In this document: positions 1-9,799 of the stretch, piece after piece
How the letters are laid out: each line of letters begins with the position of its first letter
Numbering within the stretch: position 1 is the stretch's first letter
NCBI GenBank assembly: GCA_963666055.2
Contig: CAXWPH010000015.1
Location: forward strand, 480,001-544,000
Direction: 5' to 3'
Length of the DNA stretch: 64,000 nucleotides
Origin: Acidobacteriota bacterium
GTDB taxonomy: Bacteria > Acidobacteriota > UBA890 > WLXD01
Notes under the pieces: model-generated
What the model saw: the letters and a program-made list of their open reading frames with translations, nothing else
What the model was told of the DNA's origin: nothing
The model's database searches: none
Made by a program: the position numbers and the translations under genes

Positions 1-755
1 TCGCCTTCTTGTGGCACCACGTGGAACGTCCACAGCAACTCGCCCGTGCGCACGTCATAGCCACGGGCATCCTCGGGAACCGCTTCCCTCTTGTTGCCCC
101 TGTCCCCGGCGCCGGCGGTTAAGCCGCTGACCACAACGACATCACCGACGATGATCGGGCCGCTGCTATCGCTGAACCTGCCGGCGAGCGGCTGGCGATC
201 CTCGAACCGCAGGCTGACCCTGCCGTCGTCGCCGAAATCACCGTACGGCTCGCCGGTGCCGGTGTTGAGTGCGTACAGATACTCGCCGCGAACCGCGAGG
301 ATCCGGTCGTCTCCAGAGCCACTGCTCCAGTAGTCGACGCCACGAGTGGACTCGCCCTCGGCCTCCTCCTGGGTGAACTCGACGAGCTCCTGTTCCCAGA
401 CGATCTCGCCGGTGGCTGCGTCGAGGGCGATCACCAGGCCGTGGGCGTCCTGCGTGTAGAGCACACCGTCGACGAAGATCGGCGTGGAGCGCAGGTAGGC
501 GCTGGGGAACAGGTCGGGAAACGCCTCGGTGAGCTCGCTGCGCACTGCCGGGCGCCGCCAGACGATACGCAGGTCGGCGACGTTGTCGCGGTGAATCTGA
601 TCGAGGGGGGAGTAGCGGGTGAACGCTTTGCTGCCACCGAAGTAGCTCCACTCCGACTGCTGTGGTTGTGCAGGCGGTGTTGTTGCGGCCGGTAGCGCCC
701 CCGCACCGAGGCTGGCCATGAGGCAGATGATGACGGAACGGCGGAAACGAGCCAT
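1..755 (-). CDS. PQQ-dependent (glucose/quinate-type) dehydrogenase, N-terminal part; runs off window start
   Basis: Manual translation from ATG at 755 (AGGAGG RBS upstream): signal peptide, then EWSYFGGSKAFTRYSPLDQIHRDNVADLRIVW...STPIFVDGVLY...DVRTGELLWTF, typical of PQQ beta-propellers. Confidence 0.85.
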   Translation of the reverse strand, partial: MARFRRSVIICLMASLGAGALPAATTPPAQPQQSEWSYFGGSKAFTRYSPLDQIHRDNVADLRIVWRRPAVRSELTEAFPDLFPSAYLRSTPIFVDGVLYTQDAHGLVIALDAATGEIVWEQELVEFTQEEAEGESTRGVDYWSSGSGDDRILAVRGEYLYALNTGTGEPYGDFGDDGRVSLRFEDRQPLAGRFSDSSGPIIVGDVVVVSGLTAGAGDRGNKREAVPEDARGYDVRTGELLWTFHVVPQEG

Positions 756-1024
756 TGCTGGTCCTCCTGAACTGGTCTCCAGTCCCTGCGAACGAGTAGC
801 TCGCAGGGCAGACGTACGCTTTAGTCGTGACAGAGTAACGGCATCGCCGTGGCTCTTCACCGGGACGCAACGTCGCCGGTCCATTGGCCACCCTCGCAGC
901 CTTGCGACCCCGCGCCTGGGGCCGGGAGAGTCTAGCCTCGGCCACGACTATGCCTCAACCGGGCGAACGCCCGATCTCGTGGACATCCGTGGGTAAGTGG
1001 CCACGAAAAGAGCCTCTTCGAGGC

Positions 1025-1079
1025 AACTGGGTCAACGAGCTGCAGCGACTCGTGCCGACGGAGCCGTAGCGGGCTCAGC
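1025..1079 (+). repeat. Kinase-family 3'-end remnant, copy 1 (NWVNELQRLVPTEP*)
   Basis: aactgggtcaacgagctgcagcgactcgtgccgacggagccgtagcgggctcagc; matches copies at 43400, 50625, 53271, 55047, 56427, 57800. Confidence 0.85.
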
Positions 1080-1221
1080 GGAGTCTTGTGAGCCGGGCTT
1101 CGAGCGCGTCTTTGGCCGGGTGCCACCCTGGGTGCCACTCTGTGCAACTCGTGGCACCTGCACAGAGTTGCATGACCCGTAAACGTTGGGGTTATTGGGG
1201 TTACGAGAGGCCCCAATAAAA

Positions 1222-1264
1222 CTCATAACCCGAAGGTCGTAGGTTCGAATCCTACCCCCGCTAC
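1222..1264 (+). mobile_element. 3' half of tRNA-fMet(CAT), att-site remnant
   Basis: ctcataacccgaaggtcgtaggttcgaatcctacccccgctac = anticodon loop to acceptor stem; no 5' half upstream; flanked by short direct repeats (gggtgccac x2 at ~1118-1138, tctaac x2 at ~1339-1355). Confidence 0.8.
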
Positions 1265-1269
1265 TTCAG

Positions 1270-1321
1270 AAAAGCCCTGGTGGCAAAGGGATATTCGCCC
1301 TTTCGTGCCACCGGGGCTTTC
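1270..1321 (+). terminator. Long hairpin after tRNA-fMet fragment
   Basis: aaagccctggtggc...gccaccggggcttt inverted repeat. Confidence 0.5.
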
Positions 1322-1423
1322 TGCGTCTGAGCCCGGCATCTAACAGGGATCTAACGATTGATTGTGATTGACCGTCCGTACATCCAGATCGGTCGGAAGA
1401 AGTCGGGCCTACGGTGCCGATCG

Positions 1424-1474
1424 GAGCAGCTGACGTAATCAGCAGGTCCGCGGTTCAAATCCGCGCGCCGGCTC
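1424..1474 (+). mobile_element. Degenerate tRNA-Thr(CGT) 3' fragment, att-site remnant
   Basis: gagcagctgacgtaatcagcaggtccgcggttcaaatccgcgcgccggctc (anticodon loop 2 nt short), followed by an AT-rich tract and a tgggggtcgg direct repeat. Confidence 0.7.
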
Positions 1475-1732
1475 TTTAGATTCAATAACTTACAGCCAGT
1501 CTCTCTGGAGCCTGCCGTTTTGGGGGTCGGTCTGGGGGTCGGCGAGTGACTTATGGAATCGACGTGTGTGCGTTTCGGGTAAAGCGTCCCCCCTATATAT
1601 AGGACTCTTGCCCTTCTCTAATTGGGGGCCATGCCGGTTGACGCTGGGGAGACCCTTACGGTGACTCCCTTGGACCCTCGACCGCTCCAGCGATAGGCTT
1701 CAGGCGCTCACCCTCCCTGCCTCGGGAGCGCC

Positions 1733-2066
1733 ATGAAACCCGGCACCAAACTAGGCCCCTACGAGATCACCGAGCAGCTCGGTGCTGGCGGCATGGGAGA
1801 GGTGTGGCTCGCCGAGGACTCCCGCCTGGGCCGCAAGGTGGCCATCAAGGTGCTGCCCGCCGAGTTCGCCTCCGACCCGGAGCGCCTCGCCCGCTTCGAG
1901 CAGGAAGCCCGTGCTGCCGCTGCGCTGAACCATCCGCACATCGCAGCCGTCTTCGATGTCGGCACCGAAGACGGCACCCACTTCATAGTGCAGGAGTACC
2001 TGGAGGGAGACACGCTACGGGAGCCGCTACAGAAAGGTGCGCTGCCGCTCAAGAAGGCGCTCGGCC
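1733..2066 (+). pseudogene. Ser/Thr protein kinase N-terminal fragment truncated by IS end
   Basis: [22 protein letters not shown] motifs; homology stops at the IS3-type TGACCTGCCCCC end. Confidence 0.9.
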
Positions 2067-2190
2067 TGACCTGCCCCCCAATAGTCGGGCCAGTTTGAGA
2101 GTTAGGATTTGAGGCTCTCAGGATGGCTCGGGAAGGGGGAACAATGGCCCGGAAGCGGTACACGGTAGAGCAGATCATCAGGGGAAGCTT
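2067..2190 (+). mobile_element. IS3-family (IS407-group-like) left end and start of orfA
   Basis: TG-initiated tgacctgccccccaatagtcgggccagtttgagagttag; ATG at 2144 gives MARKRYTVEQII, then breaks off. Confidence 0.7.
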
Positions 2191-2407
2191 GGACGGTGGC
2201 GCGGAGATGAGACCATAGCGGCTGCTTCGGCTTCGTACGCGACTTCTGCCGGGCAGGGCTTCCGAGGGTGTTGTCAACTTAACCCCTCATCGCTTCTAGT
2301 CACTCTCTACCTGGATAATCGCGCGCGAAAAGGGACCATCTTCCTATTAGCTGGTAGGCGCAACGCGCCTATTCCCGACTCCCTACAGCCGGAGGGATCT
2401 AGATCAG

Positions 2408-4348
2408 ATGCGACAGAGGACCTCGTGGAAGCAGCTGTTGGCAGGTTGGCTCGTTGTCATCGGGGCGTCGAGCGCCGTTTTCGGGTCCGAGCATGCCTAC
2501 TCCCCGCAGCAGACCGAACGTTACGACGATGTGATAGTCGCACTCGATGTCATGGTGCCGATGCGGGACGGCGTCCGACTGGCCACGGACATCTATCGGC
2601 CGGCTCGTGAAGGCAGGGCGGTCGATGGACGGTTCCCGACTTTGCTCTGCCGTACGCCCTACGGGACGTCGTTCCGGAACCCGGACGCAACCGGCTATGG
2701 CTGTTCCGAGGAGCCTGCGCGTTCCATGGCGCGACACGGATATGTGGTGTTGACTCAGGATGTCCGCGGTCGATTCGACTCGGAAGGCGAGTTTTATGCC
2801 TACGTCAACGAAGGGCCCGACGGCTACGAGACCGTGGAATGGGCAGCCGCGCAGCCCTTCTCGAACGGTGACGTCGGCACCTTCGGAGCGTCGTACTACG
2901 CCGCCACGCAGAATGCGCTGGCCGCCGAGCGTCCACCGCACCTCAAAGCGATGTTCCAGCGTGTCGGTAGCTCCCACTACTGGCTAGACGGTGCCGGTAG
3001 TGGTGGCGCCTTCGCGCTCCGGCACAACCTCGCCTATGCACTCTACCTGGCTAGCACCGGCCAGGAAGCCGATCGCCAACCGGCTCTGAAGACGGTCCTG
3101 CAGGCCGCTCTGCAGCGAGACAACCTCGCCGCTTGGCTCTGGGCCTACCCGTACCGGCCGCATGGGTCGCCGCTGGAGCTGGTGCCGAGTTATCAGCGCT
3201 GGTTCCAGGACTGGGTCGATCACTCCGGCTTGGACGACTACTGGACCCAGAACGGCTATGCCTTCGAGCCTTACTACGACAACTACCCGGACATCCCTGT
3301 CTACTTCGTTGGCGGTTGGTACGACATCTTCCTGCGCGGCGCGTTGAATGGCTACTCGATGCTCTCGGCAATTCAATCGAGCGAGAAGCGCCTGCTGGTC
3401 GGTCCATGGACCCACGCAGTCGGGCCGCGAACAAGCGGTGATGTCGACTTCGGAGTCGACGCCGCAATCGATCTGGAGGCGGAGCAGCTGCGCTGGTTCG
3501 ACCACGTGTTGCGTGGCAAGGACACCGGCTTCTCCGACGAACCGCCCGTCCGTGTGTTCGTCATGGGGGGCGGAGATGGCTCTCGTACCACGGAAGGCCG
3601 CCATCGACACGATGGCCGCTGGCGGTCGCTCGGGGGTTGGCCGCCCGCGGCTGCCGAGTCTCGAGCCTACTATCTGCAACCGAACGGCCGGCTCGATCTG
3701 CAAGCGCCGCGTTCCATCGCGGAGCCATCTGTCTTCACCTTCGATCCGACCGATCCGGTGCCGACGATCGGTGGGAAAGTCAGCTCCGGCAACAACATGA
3801 GCCCGGCCGGTCCCTACGACCAGCAGTGCGATACAACGAGGTTCTTCCCCTGCAAGGACAATCTACCGTTGGCAGCGCGCCGCGACGTGCTCGTCTTTCA
3901 GACGGCACCTTTACAGGAGGACGTCGTCGTCATCGGTCCGCTTACGGTGACCCTTTGGATAGCCTCGTCAGCGGTGGATACCGACTTCACCGCCAAGCTT
4001 GTCGATGTGCATCCCCCGGGTCCTCACGCACCCGCCGGCTATTCGATGCTGCTGGCGGATAGCATTGTACGGGCCCGCTACCGAGACAGCTTGGCGACAG
4101 CAAAGCCCCTGGCCCCTGATGAGATCTACGAGATCGAGATCGATCTTCTCGGCACTGCCACCCGGTTCAAGAAGGGGCACCGGATTCGACTCGACGTGTC
4201 GAGCAGCAACTATCCCTTCTTCGATGTCAACCCGAACACCGGCGAGCGCCCCGGTCATCACACGCACATGGCACCGGCGCGCAACAGCGTCTATCACGAT
4301 CGGATGCGACCTTCGAAGCTTCAGATGCTCATCCTGCCAGAGCCGTGA
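2408..4348 (+). CDS. CocE/NonD family hydrolase (secreted)
   Basis: Signal peptide, VPMRDGVRLATDIY, RTPY, QDVRGRFDSEG, GASY nucleophile, GPWTH, DVSSSNYP. Confidence 0.93.
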   Translation: MRQRTSWKQLLAGWLVVIGASSAVFGSEHAYSPQQTERYDDVIVALDVMVPMRDGVRLATDIYRPAREGRAVDGRFPTLLCRTPYGTSFRNPDATGYGCSEEPARSMARHGYVVLTQDVRGRFDSEGEFYAYVNEGPDGYETVEWAAAQPFSNGDVGTFGASYYAATQNALAAERPPHLKAMFQRVGSSHYWLDGAGSGGAFALRHNLAYALYLASTGQEADRQPALKTVLQAALQRDNLAAWLWAYPYRPHGSPLELVPSYQRWFQDWVDHSGLDDYWTQNGYAFEPYYDNYPDIPVYFVGGWYDIFLRGALNGYSMLSAIQSSEKRLLVGPWTHAVGPRTSGDVDFGVDAAIDLEAEQLRWFDHVLRGKDTGFSDEPPVRVFVMGGGDGSRTTEGRHRHDGRWRSLGGWPPAAAESRAYYLQPNGRLDLQAPRSIAEPSVFTFDPTDPVPTIGGKVSSGNNMSPAGPYDQQCDTTRFFPCKDNLPLAARRDVLVFQTAPLQEDVVVIGPLTVTLWIASSAVDTDFTAKLVDVHPPGPHAPAGYSMLLADSIVRARYRDSLATAKPLAPDEIYEIEIDLLGTATRFKKGHRIRLDVSSSNYPFFDVNPNTGERPGHHTHMAPARNSVYHDRMRPSKLQMLILPEP

Positions 4349-4387
4349 CATTTCCTTTGACATTTCGGGTTCAAACAGCGACAGACA

Positions 4388-4553
4388 GCCTCCCTGAACT
4401 ACCCCAACATCGCCACCATCTTCGGGTTCGAGGAGTCGGGCGGTGTTCGGTTCATCGCCATGGAGCTGGTGGAGGGTCAGAGTCTCGCCGAGCGCATTGA
4501 AGCTACCGGTCGCATCAAAGTAGATGAGGCACTGGAGATCGCCCGCCGGATCG
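4388..4553 (+). pseudogene. Internal Ser/Thr kinase fragment (ASLNYPNIATIFGFEE...LEIARRI)
   Basis: Near-identical at DNA level to 48226-48391. Confidence 0.9.
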
Positions 4554-4563
4554 ATGGAGCCCG

Positions 4564-4692
4564 TTGTCGTCCGTGGTACGCGACGGCTCCCGCCTGGCTC
4601 GCGGAATACCCGTGTACCCCGAGCTCACCGACAAGGAGCTCCTGGCGCTGCGCCACTACATCCGACGACAGGCCGAGACGGTGGAGCGCTGA
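4564..4692 (+). pseudogene. C-terminal remnant of a quinohemoprotein dehydrogenase cytochrome c domain
   Basis: Translates LSSVVRDGSRLARGIPVYPELTDKELLALRHYIRRQAE, similar to FATVVRDGSRVARGMPAYPELTENQLLAIRHYIRYVAE at ~8395-8510. Confidence 0.8.
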
Positions 4693-4705
4693 CGCACGCG
4701 AGAGA

Positions 4706-5782
4706 TTATCTCCGCGCTTCTAGCATCTCCTGATACCGGGCCCCGCGCAGCACGTTGGAGAGCGAGTAGTTGGCCTCGTGGCAGGCGTACTCGTACAGCG
4801 GTTGGTCGAACCGCTCGAAAGGAACCTCGCCACCCCAGGCGCTCGTGTACATCGTCGGGTCGTCGATGGTGAACTCGTAGTGAATCGTGTCCTCGTCCAC
4901 CCGGGTGAAGCGCTCGATCACCTTCTGATCGTTCGATGGTGGAACTCCGCGGAACATGTGAACGGGATTGAGGTTGGTGGTCTCGACCACCAGCGTGTTG
5001 CCCTCCCACCGACCCCACGAGTCACCGAACCACGGACGGACGTCCTTCGGCAGCGCCGTCGGCTCGCCGAGCCGAATGATCCGCGCGTCGTGCACCATCT
5101 CTGCCATGATCACCACGTGATCGGCATTTTGTACGATGGTGTAGTTGTTGTTGTACCAGTAGTTGGGCAGCATCGGCGGTCCGGCGCTTGATTGGAACGA
5201 TACAAGGCATCGTTCGCCAGGTGGGCGGAGTTCCGGATGGTCAAACGGACCGAACTGGCTCCTGAGCTCCCGATACTTGTCGACTCGGCGACGCCCCTCG
5301 TGCGTCAGCTCCGGCGCGCGGCCGTCCGGCGGATTTGTGACAAGCGAGCTCCGTGGCTCACCGTTCACGATCGCTACCCGCTCACCGGGCTCTCGGTAGA
5401 CTTCGTTGTAGCAATCTGTCGCCGAATGGATGCACTCTGGAATCGTACCCCCGGCCGGAAGCGGCAGGCGGTTCGGATCGCTCGGAGCGGCGCCTCGGAC
5501 GACCATTTCGACCTGCCTGGCTTCGATCTCGGCGACCTCCTCCCACGTGAGAACAGGTCCCTGGCCTGCGGGGCGCTGGAAGGGGGTCAGCGTCGCATTG
5601 GTCCAGTTCCCTTGGAGGTCCGGATGACCGTGCGACGTTCTGGGCACCTCCCACGGTACAGCCTCGGAGACCTGGCCCTGCTGGACAGAAGGGTAGGATG
5701 ACACCGCCGCAACCGATGCAAGCGCCGCCACGACGATCGGATAGTGCCTTGGAGAGAACGATGCCGAGAGCTTGCCGTTCAT
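4706..5782 (-). CDS. Secreted hypothetical protein (PDLQGxW ... YEYACHE family)
   Basis: Long ORF, signal-like N-terminus, HPDLQGNW, WFGDSWGRWEGNTLVVET, LYEYACHEAN motifs. Confidence 0.8.
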   Translation of the reverse strand: MNGKLSASFSPRHYPIVVAALASVAAVSSYPSVQQGQVSEAVPWEVPRTSHGHPDLQGNWTNATLTPFQRPAGQGPVLTWEEVAEIEARQVEMVVRGAAPSDPNRLPLPAGGTIPECIHSATDCYNEVYREPGERVAIVNGEPRSSLVTNPPDGRAPELTHEGRRRVDKYRELRSQFGPFDHPELRPPGERCLVSFQSSAGPPMLPNYWYNNNYTIVQNADHVVIMAEMVHDARIIRLGEPTALPKDVRPWFGDSWGRWEGNTLVVETTNLNPVHMFRGVPPSNDQKVIERFTRVDEDTIHYEFTIDDPTMYTSAWGGEVPFERFDQPLYEYACHEANYSLSNVLRGARYQEMLEARR

Positions 5783-5837
5783 CTTTGCCTTCCTTTGCCT
5801 GTGTGCACGTACGATCATCGACCCGCAGCAGCCTCCC

Positions 5838-6146
5838 TCAGGCGATCGTCTCCCAGTTCGTCACGAGATGATCGGCGGTTCGCCAGGCGAGCGCCTGCGC
5901 CGTGAGCGTTGGAGAAAACCCCCAACGGTCAACGACGCTAGTATCGGGATTGTCGCCCATACGGGCGCCGCCGTAGGCGTGGGTCGACGTACCCATCGTG
6001 CCGATGTCGTTCTTAACCGTGTCCACCGCGCCGGCCTCCAGACCGATCACCTCGAGGCCGGCTTCAACGAGCGGCAGGACCGCAAAGCCGCCGGCGGCCC
6101 CCAGACCAACCACGACTACGTCCGTCTTCTTCAGCTCAACGGTCAA
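5838..6146 (-). pseudogene. Internally deleted GMC oxidoreductase (gluconate 2-dehydrogenase flavoprotein-like)
   Basis: FAD motif DVVVVGLGAAGG joined directly to C-terminal THAYGGARMG and PTLTAQALAWRTAD in about 100 aa. Confidence 0.8.
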
Positions 6147-6387
6147 GGCCCATCTCCCGTGTTGAGAACCCGCTGCCAGTGTCCACTCAGCGCCGGCAAA
6201 GCGGATGCCTCTGGTTCCACGCGCGCGCGGCAAAGCCAACGGACCCAGTTTACAGTCACGCCGATTGAATCACTCGTCGCGCCGCCTCTGTTGTTGAGCC
6301 TCGGTTTCGTGGATAGAGTCAGTGCCGACCCCAACTGCCTGACGAGAACTAGCGCGCAGACCACCCCGAAACGGAGATCAGCTACCC

Positions 6388-8538
6388 ATGTACCGAACTG
6401 AGTCTGTATCGCTGAAAACCCGTGGCCGGTGGATGCTGCTGCCGTCAATGGTGTGGGCGGTCTGCTCCGCTCAAGCTTCCGGCGCCGCCCAATCATCCGG
6501 CAGGCCACAGTCGCCCACCGTGGTCAACGACAGCGCCATGGTCGACGAGTCGCGGGGCGACAACTGGCTGGCGTTCGGGAGAACCTACAGCGAGCAGCGC
6601 TTCAGCCCCCTGACCCAGGTCAATACGTCCAACGTCGGTGACCTGTCGGTCGATTGGTATCTCGACCTGCCGAACGATCGGGGCCTGACTTCCACACCGC
6701 TCGTTGTCGACGGCATCCTGTACTTCATCGGCAGCATGAACGTCGTGCGCGCCGTCGACGGAACCAGCGGCGAGATGCTGTGGGAGTATGACCCGGACAT
6801 CGTCGGGCACGCGGCCCATCGCATGCGGGCCGGCTGGGACCACAGCCGGGGCATCGGGTTCTGGAAAGGCAAGGTCTACGTCGCCACCTGGGACGGGCGT
6901 CTCAACGCTGTCGACGCCGCCACCGGAGAGGAGCTGTGGAGCGTCATGACGGTCGACCCGGCCGTCCACTCTACATCACCGGCGCCCCCAAGATCTTCAA
7001 GGGCAAGGTGCTGATCGGTAACGGCGGCACCGAGAACGGCGCCGCCCGCGGCTACGTCACCGCTTACGATGCCGAGACCGGCGAGCAGGCCTGGCGCTTC
7101 TGGATCGTACCCGGCAACCCCGCCGACGGGTTCGAGAACGACGCCATGGCGATGGCCGCCGAGACCTGGACCGGCGAGTGGTGGAAGTTCGGCGGCGGCG
7201 GTAACGCCTGGCACGGTTTCACCTACGACGCCGAGCTAGACGTGCTGTACATCGGCACCGGCAACGGCTCACCGTGGAACCGGAAGATCCGCAGCCCCGG
7301 GGGCGGCGACAACCTGTTTCTGTGTTCCATTGTCGCCCTCGACCCGGATACCGGTGAGTACCTGTGGCACTACCAGACGACGCCCGGCGAGACGTGGGAC
7401 TACAACTCCAACATGGACATCGTCCTGGCCGACCTCGAGATCGACGGCCGCGACGTGAAAGCAATCCTGCACGCCCCAAAGAACGGTTTCTTCTACGTGA
7501 TCGACCGCGAGACCGGGAAGCTGATCTCGACCGAACCGTTCGCCGAGGTCACCTGGGCGACGGAGATCGATCTGGAGACCGGCCGACCCGTCGAGGTGTC
7601 GGGCGCGCGGTACGATGATCGACCGGCCCGGATCGCGCCGGGGCCGATCGGCGCCCACAACTGGCCTGCCATGTCCTACAACCCGTCCACCGGGTTGGCC
7701 TACATGCCGACAATCCACACGGCGACGATGTTCAGCGACGAGGGTATCGACCTCGAAGCCTGGGACTCACCGGTGGGAAGGCTCGGAGTGGGGGTCAGGT
7801 ACAACCTGGCAGGGTCCAGTAGGCCGGACGGCGTGCTCGGATCCCTGCAAGCGTGGGATCCGGTGCGCCAGGAACTGGCCTGGGAGGTTCCGCTAGGCGG
7901 CCTCTGGAATCCCGGAACGATGACCACCGCCGGCAACCTGGTGTTCCAGGGACGAGTCGACGGGTCGCTCGCGGCGCATGACGCCGCGAGCGGCTCCACG
8001 TTGTGGACCTTCGACGTGGGTTCAGGGATCTCCGCCCCGCCGATCACCTATGCGATCAACGGGCGCCAGTACGTCGCTCTGCTGGTCGGCTGGGGCGGTG
8101 TGATGGCGGCGGTGGGGGGGGGCCGAAGGAGCTTCGCATGGGTGGGCGTACGGCGCACACCCACGCCGTCTTGTGGCGTTTTCCCTCGACGGGGCGGTCA
8201 GCCTACCGACATCGCCGCCACCTGTGGTGCCGGTACCGATTGCAGCTGCCGACTTCGACGTCGACCCCACCCTGCTGCTGCGGGGCGGCACAGAATATTC
8301 TGGGCTGTGCGAACTCTGCCACGGAAGAGGCGCGATTGCCGCCGGTGTAACACCGGATCTCAGAGCCTCTCGCGTGGTGCTTTCCGACATCGCGTTCGCG
8401 ACCGTCGTCCGCGACGGCAGCCGCGTGGCACGCGGAATGCCAGCCTATCCCGAGCTCACCGAAAATCAACTACTGGCGATACGTCACTACATTCGCTACG
8501 TAGCCGAGCAGGGCAGCACCGGTGGGCGGCGTCCGTAG
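6388..8538 (+). CDS. Quinohemoprotein alcohol dehydrogenase (PQQ + cytochrome c), two frameshifts
   Basis: Three consecutive ORFs (6388, 6936, 8173) give PQQ propeller motifs (WDYNSN, GAHNW) and CELCHG heme motif; shifts at ~6965 and at a G9 run at 8114-8122. Confidence 0.88.
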
Positions 8539-8738
8539 AAGCTGACACTGGGGATCGAATCAGGCGCAGCGATTTCCACAAGAACCGCCGTAGTCTGAGC
8601 CTCACTTGCGGCAGGCGGGTTGGCCACTCGCTTTCATTCGCACCAGACGATCATGACCTTTCGGTCTCCGGCGTGCGAGGCCGGATGCCATGCACTCGCG
8701 AAATCACCCGGTACTGCTTGGGATTTCAGCGGAAACAC

Positions 8739-8816
8739 TGGCGGGGCCGACGGGATTTGAACCCGCGATCTCCGGCTTGACAGGCCGGCGTGTTAACCAA
8801 GCTACACCACGGCCCC
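8739..8816 (-). tRNA. tRNA-Asp(GTC)
   Basis: ggggccgtggtgtagc...ccggcctGTCaagccgg...ggttcaaatcccgtcggccccgcca. Confidence 0.97.
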
Positions 8817-8859
8817 GCCCAAACAACGGTCTACCGCGCCGCCGCCGGCGGCGAAAAAA

Positions 8860-8935
8860 TGGTGGGCGGTACCGGACTCGAACCAGTGGCCCCCTGCTTG
8901 TAAGGCAGGTGCTCTCCCAGCTGAGCTAACCGCCC
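8860..8935 (-). tRNA. tRNA-Val(TAC)
   Basis: gggcggttagctcag...cctgcctTACaagcagg...ggttcgagtccggtaccgcccacca. Confidence 0.97.
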
Positions 8936-9013
8936 ACACGGGCCGGATTCTAGCATAAGCGGGCAACGCCAATGCCCTGCCGCTCACCAGTTCCGGTAGC
9001 CACAGAGCACGCC

Positions 9014-9748
9014 TCAGCGGCGCAGCAGCACCTTCATCTCGCGCACCGCTCGGGCGAGGCCGACGAAGGTTGCGCGCGCCACGATGTTGTGCCCGATGTT
9101 GAGCTCGACGATCTGCGGTACTTGTACGATAGCGCCGACGTTCCGGTAAGTGAGCCCATGCCCGGCGGCAACCCGCAGACCGCCTTCACACGCATGCCTC
9201 GCAGTCGCTGCCGCCTTCTCGAGCGCGCGCAATGTAACAGCCTGGTCCCGCCCTTCGCTGGACTCGGCATAAGCGGCCGTGTTGATCTCGATCTGCTGCA
9301 CACCGAGCTCGCCGACCGCGTCAACCTGGCGCTGGTCCGGGTCGATGAAGATGGCGACGTCGATGTCCGCCTCTTGCAGCGTCCGTATCGTATCGCGTAG
9401 CCGCGCTGGATCGGTGGCAACGTCGAGGCCGCCCTCGGTGGTGATCTCGTCGTCACGCTCCGGCACCAGCGACACATTGTGAGGTCGATACCGTAGAGCG
9501 AGCTCGAGCATCTCGTCGGTACACGCCATCTCGACATTCAGGTAAGTCTTGACGGTGGCGGCAAGCAACTCTACGTCGCGGTCGTTGATGTGACGCCGGT
9601 CGGTACGAAGATGCACTGTGATGCTGTCGGCTCCGCCCAACTCGGCCAGCGTAGCCGCCTGGACGGGATCGGGCTCCGGGGCGCGGCGCGCCTGCCGAAC
9701 GGTGGCAATGTGGTCGATGTTGACGCCCAGGAACATCGGATCTGCCAT
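9014..9748 (-). CDS. pdxJ: Pyridoxine 5'-phosphate synthase
   Basis: LGVNIDHIATVRQAR, ITVHLRTDRRHI, AGHGL, ELNIGH. Confidence 0.97.
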   Translation of the reverse strand: MADPMFLGVNIDHIATVRQARRAPEPDPVQAATLAELGGADSITVHLRTDRRHINDRDVELLAATVKTYLNVEMACTDEMLELALRYRPHNVSLVPERDDEITTEGGLDVATDPARLRDTIRTLQEADIDVAIFIDPDQRQVDAVGELGVQQIEINTAAYAESSEGRDQAVTLRALEKAAATARHACEGGLRVAAGHGLTYRNVGAIVQVPQIVELNIGHNIVARATFVGLARAVREMKVLLRR

Positions 9749-9799
9749 GGGAGCACTACCTCATCGAGGCGGGTGGGGCGCTGCGGCGGCCCGGCGGAC

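Noticed and set aside
1222-1474. Functional tRNA genes
   Set aside because: 5' halves are missing and one anticodon loop is deleted; treated as att remnants.
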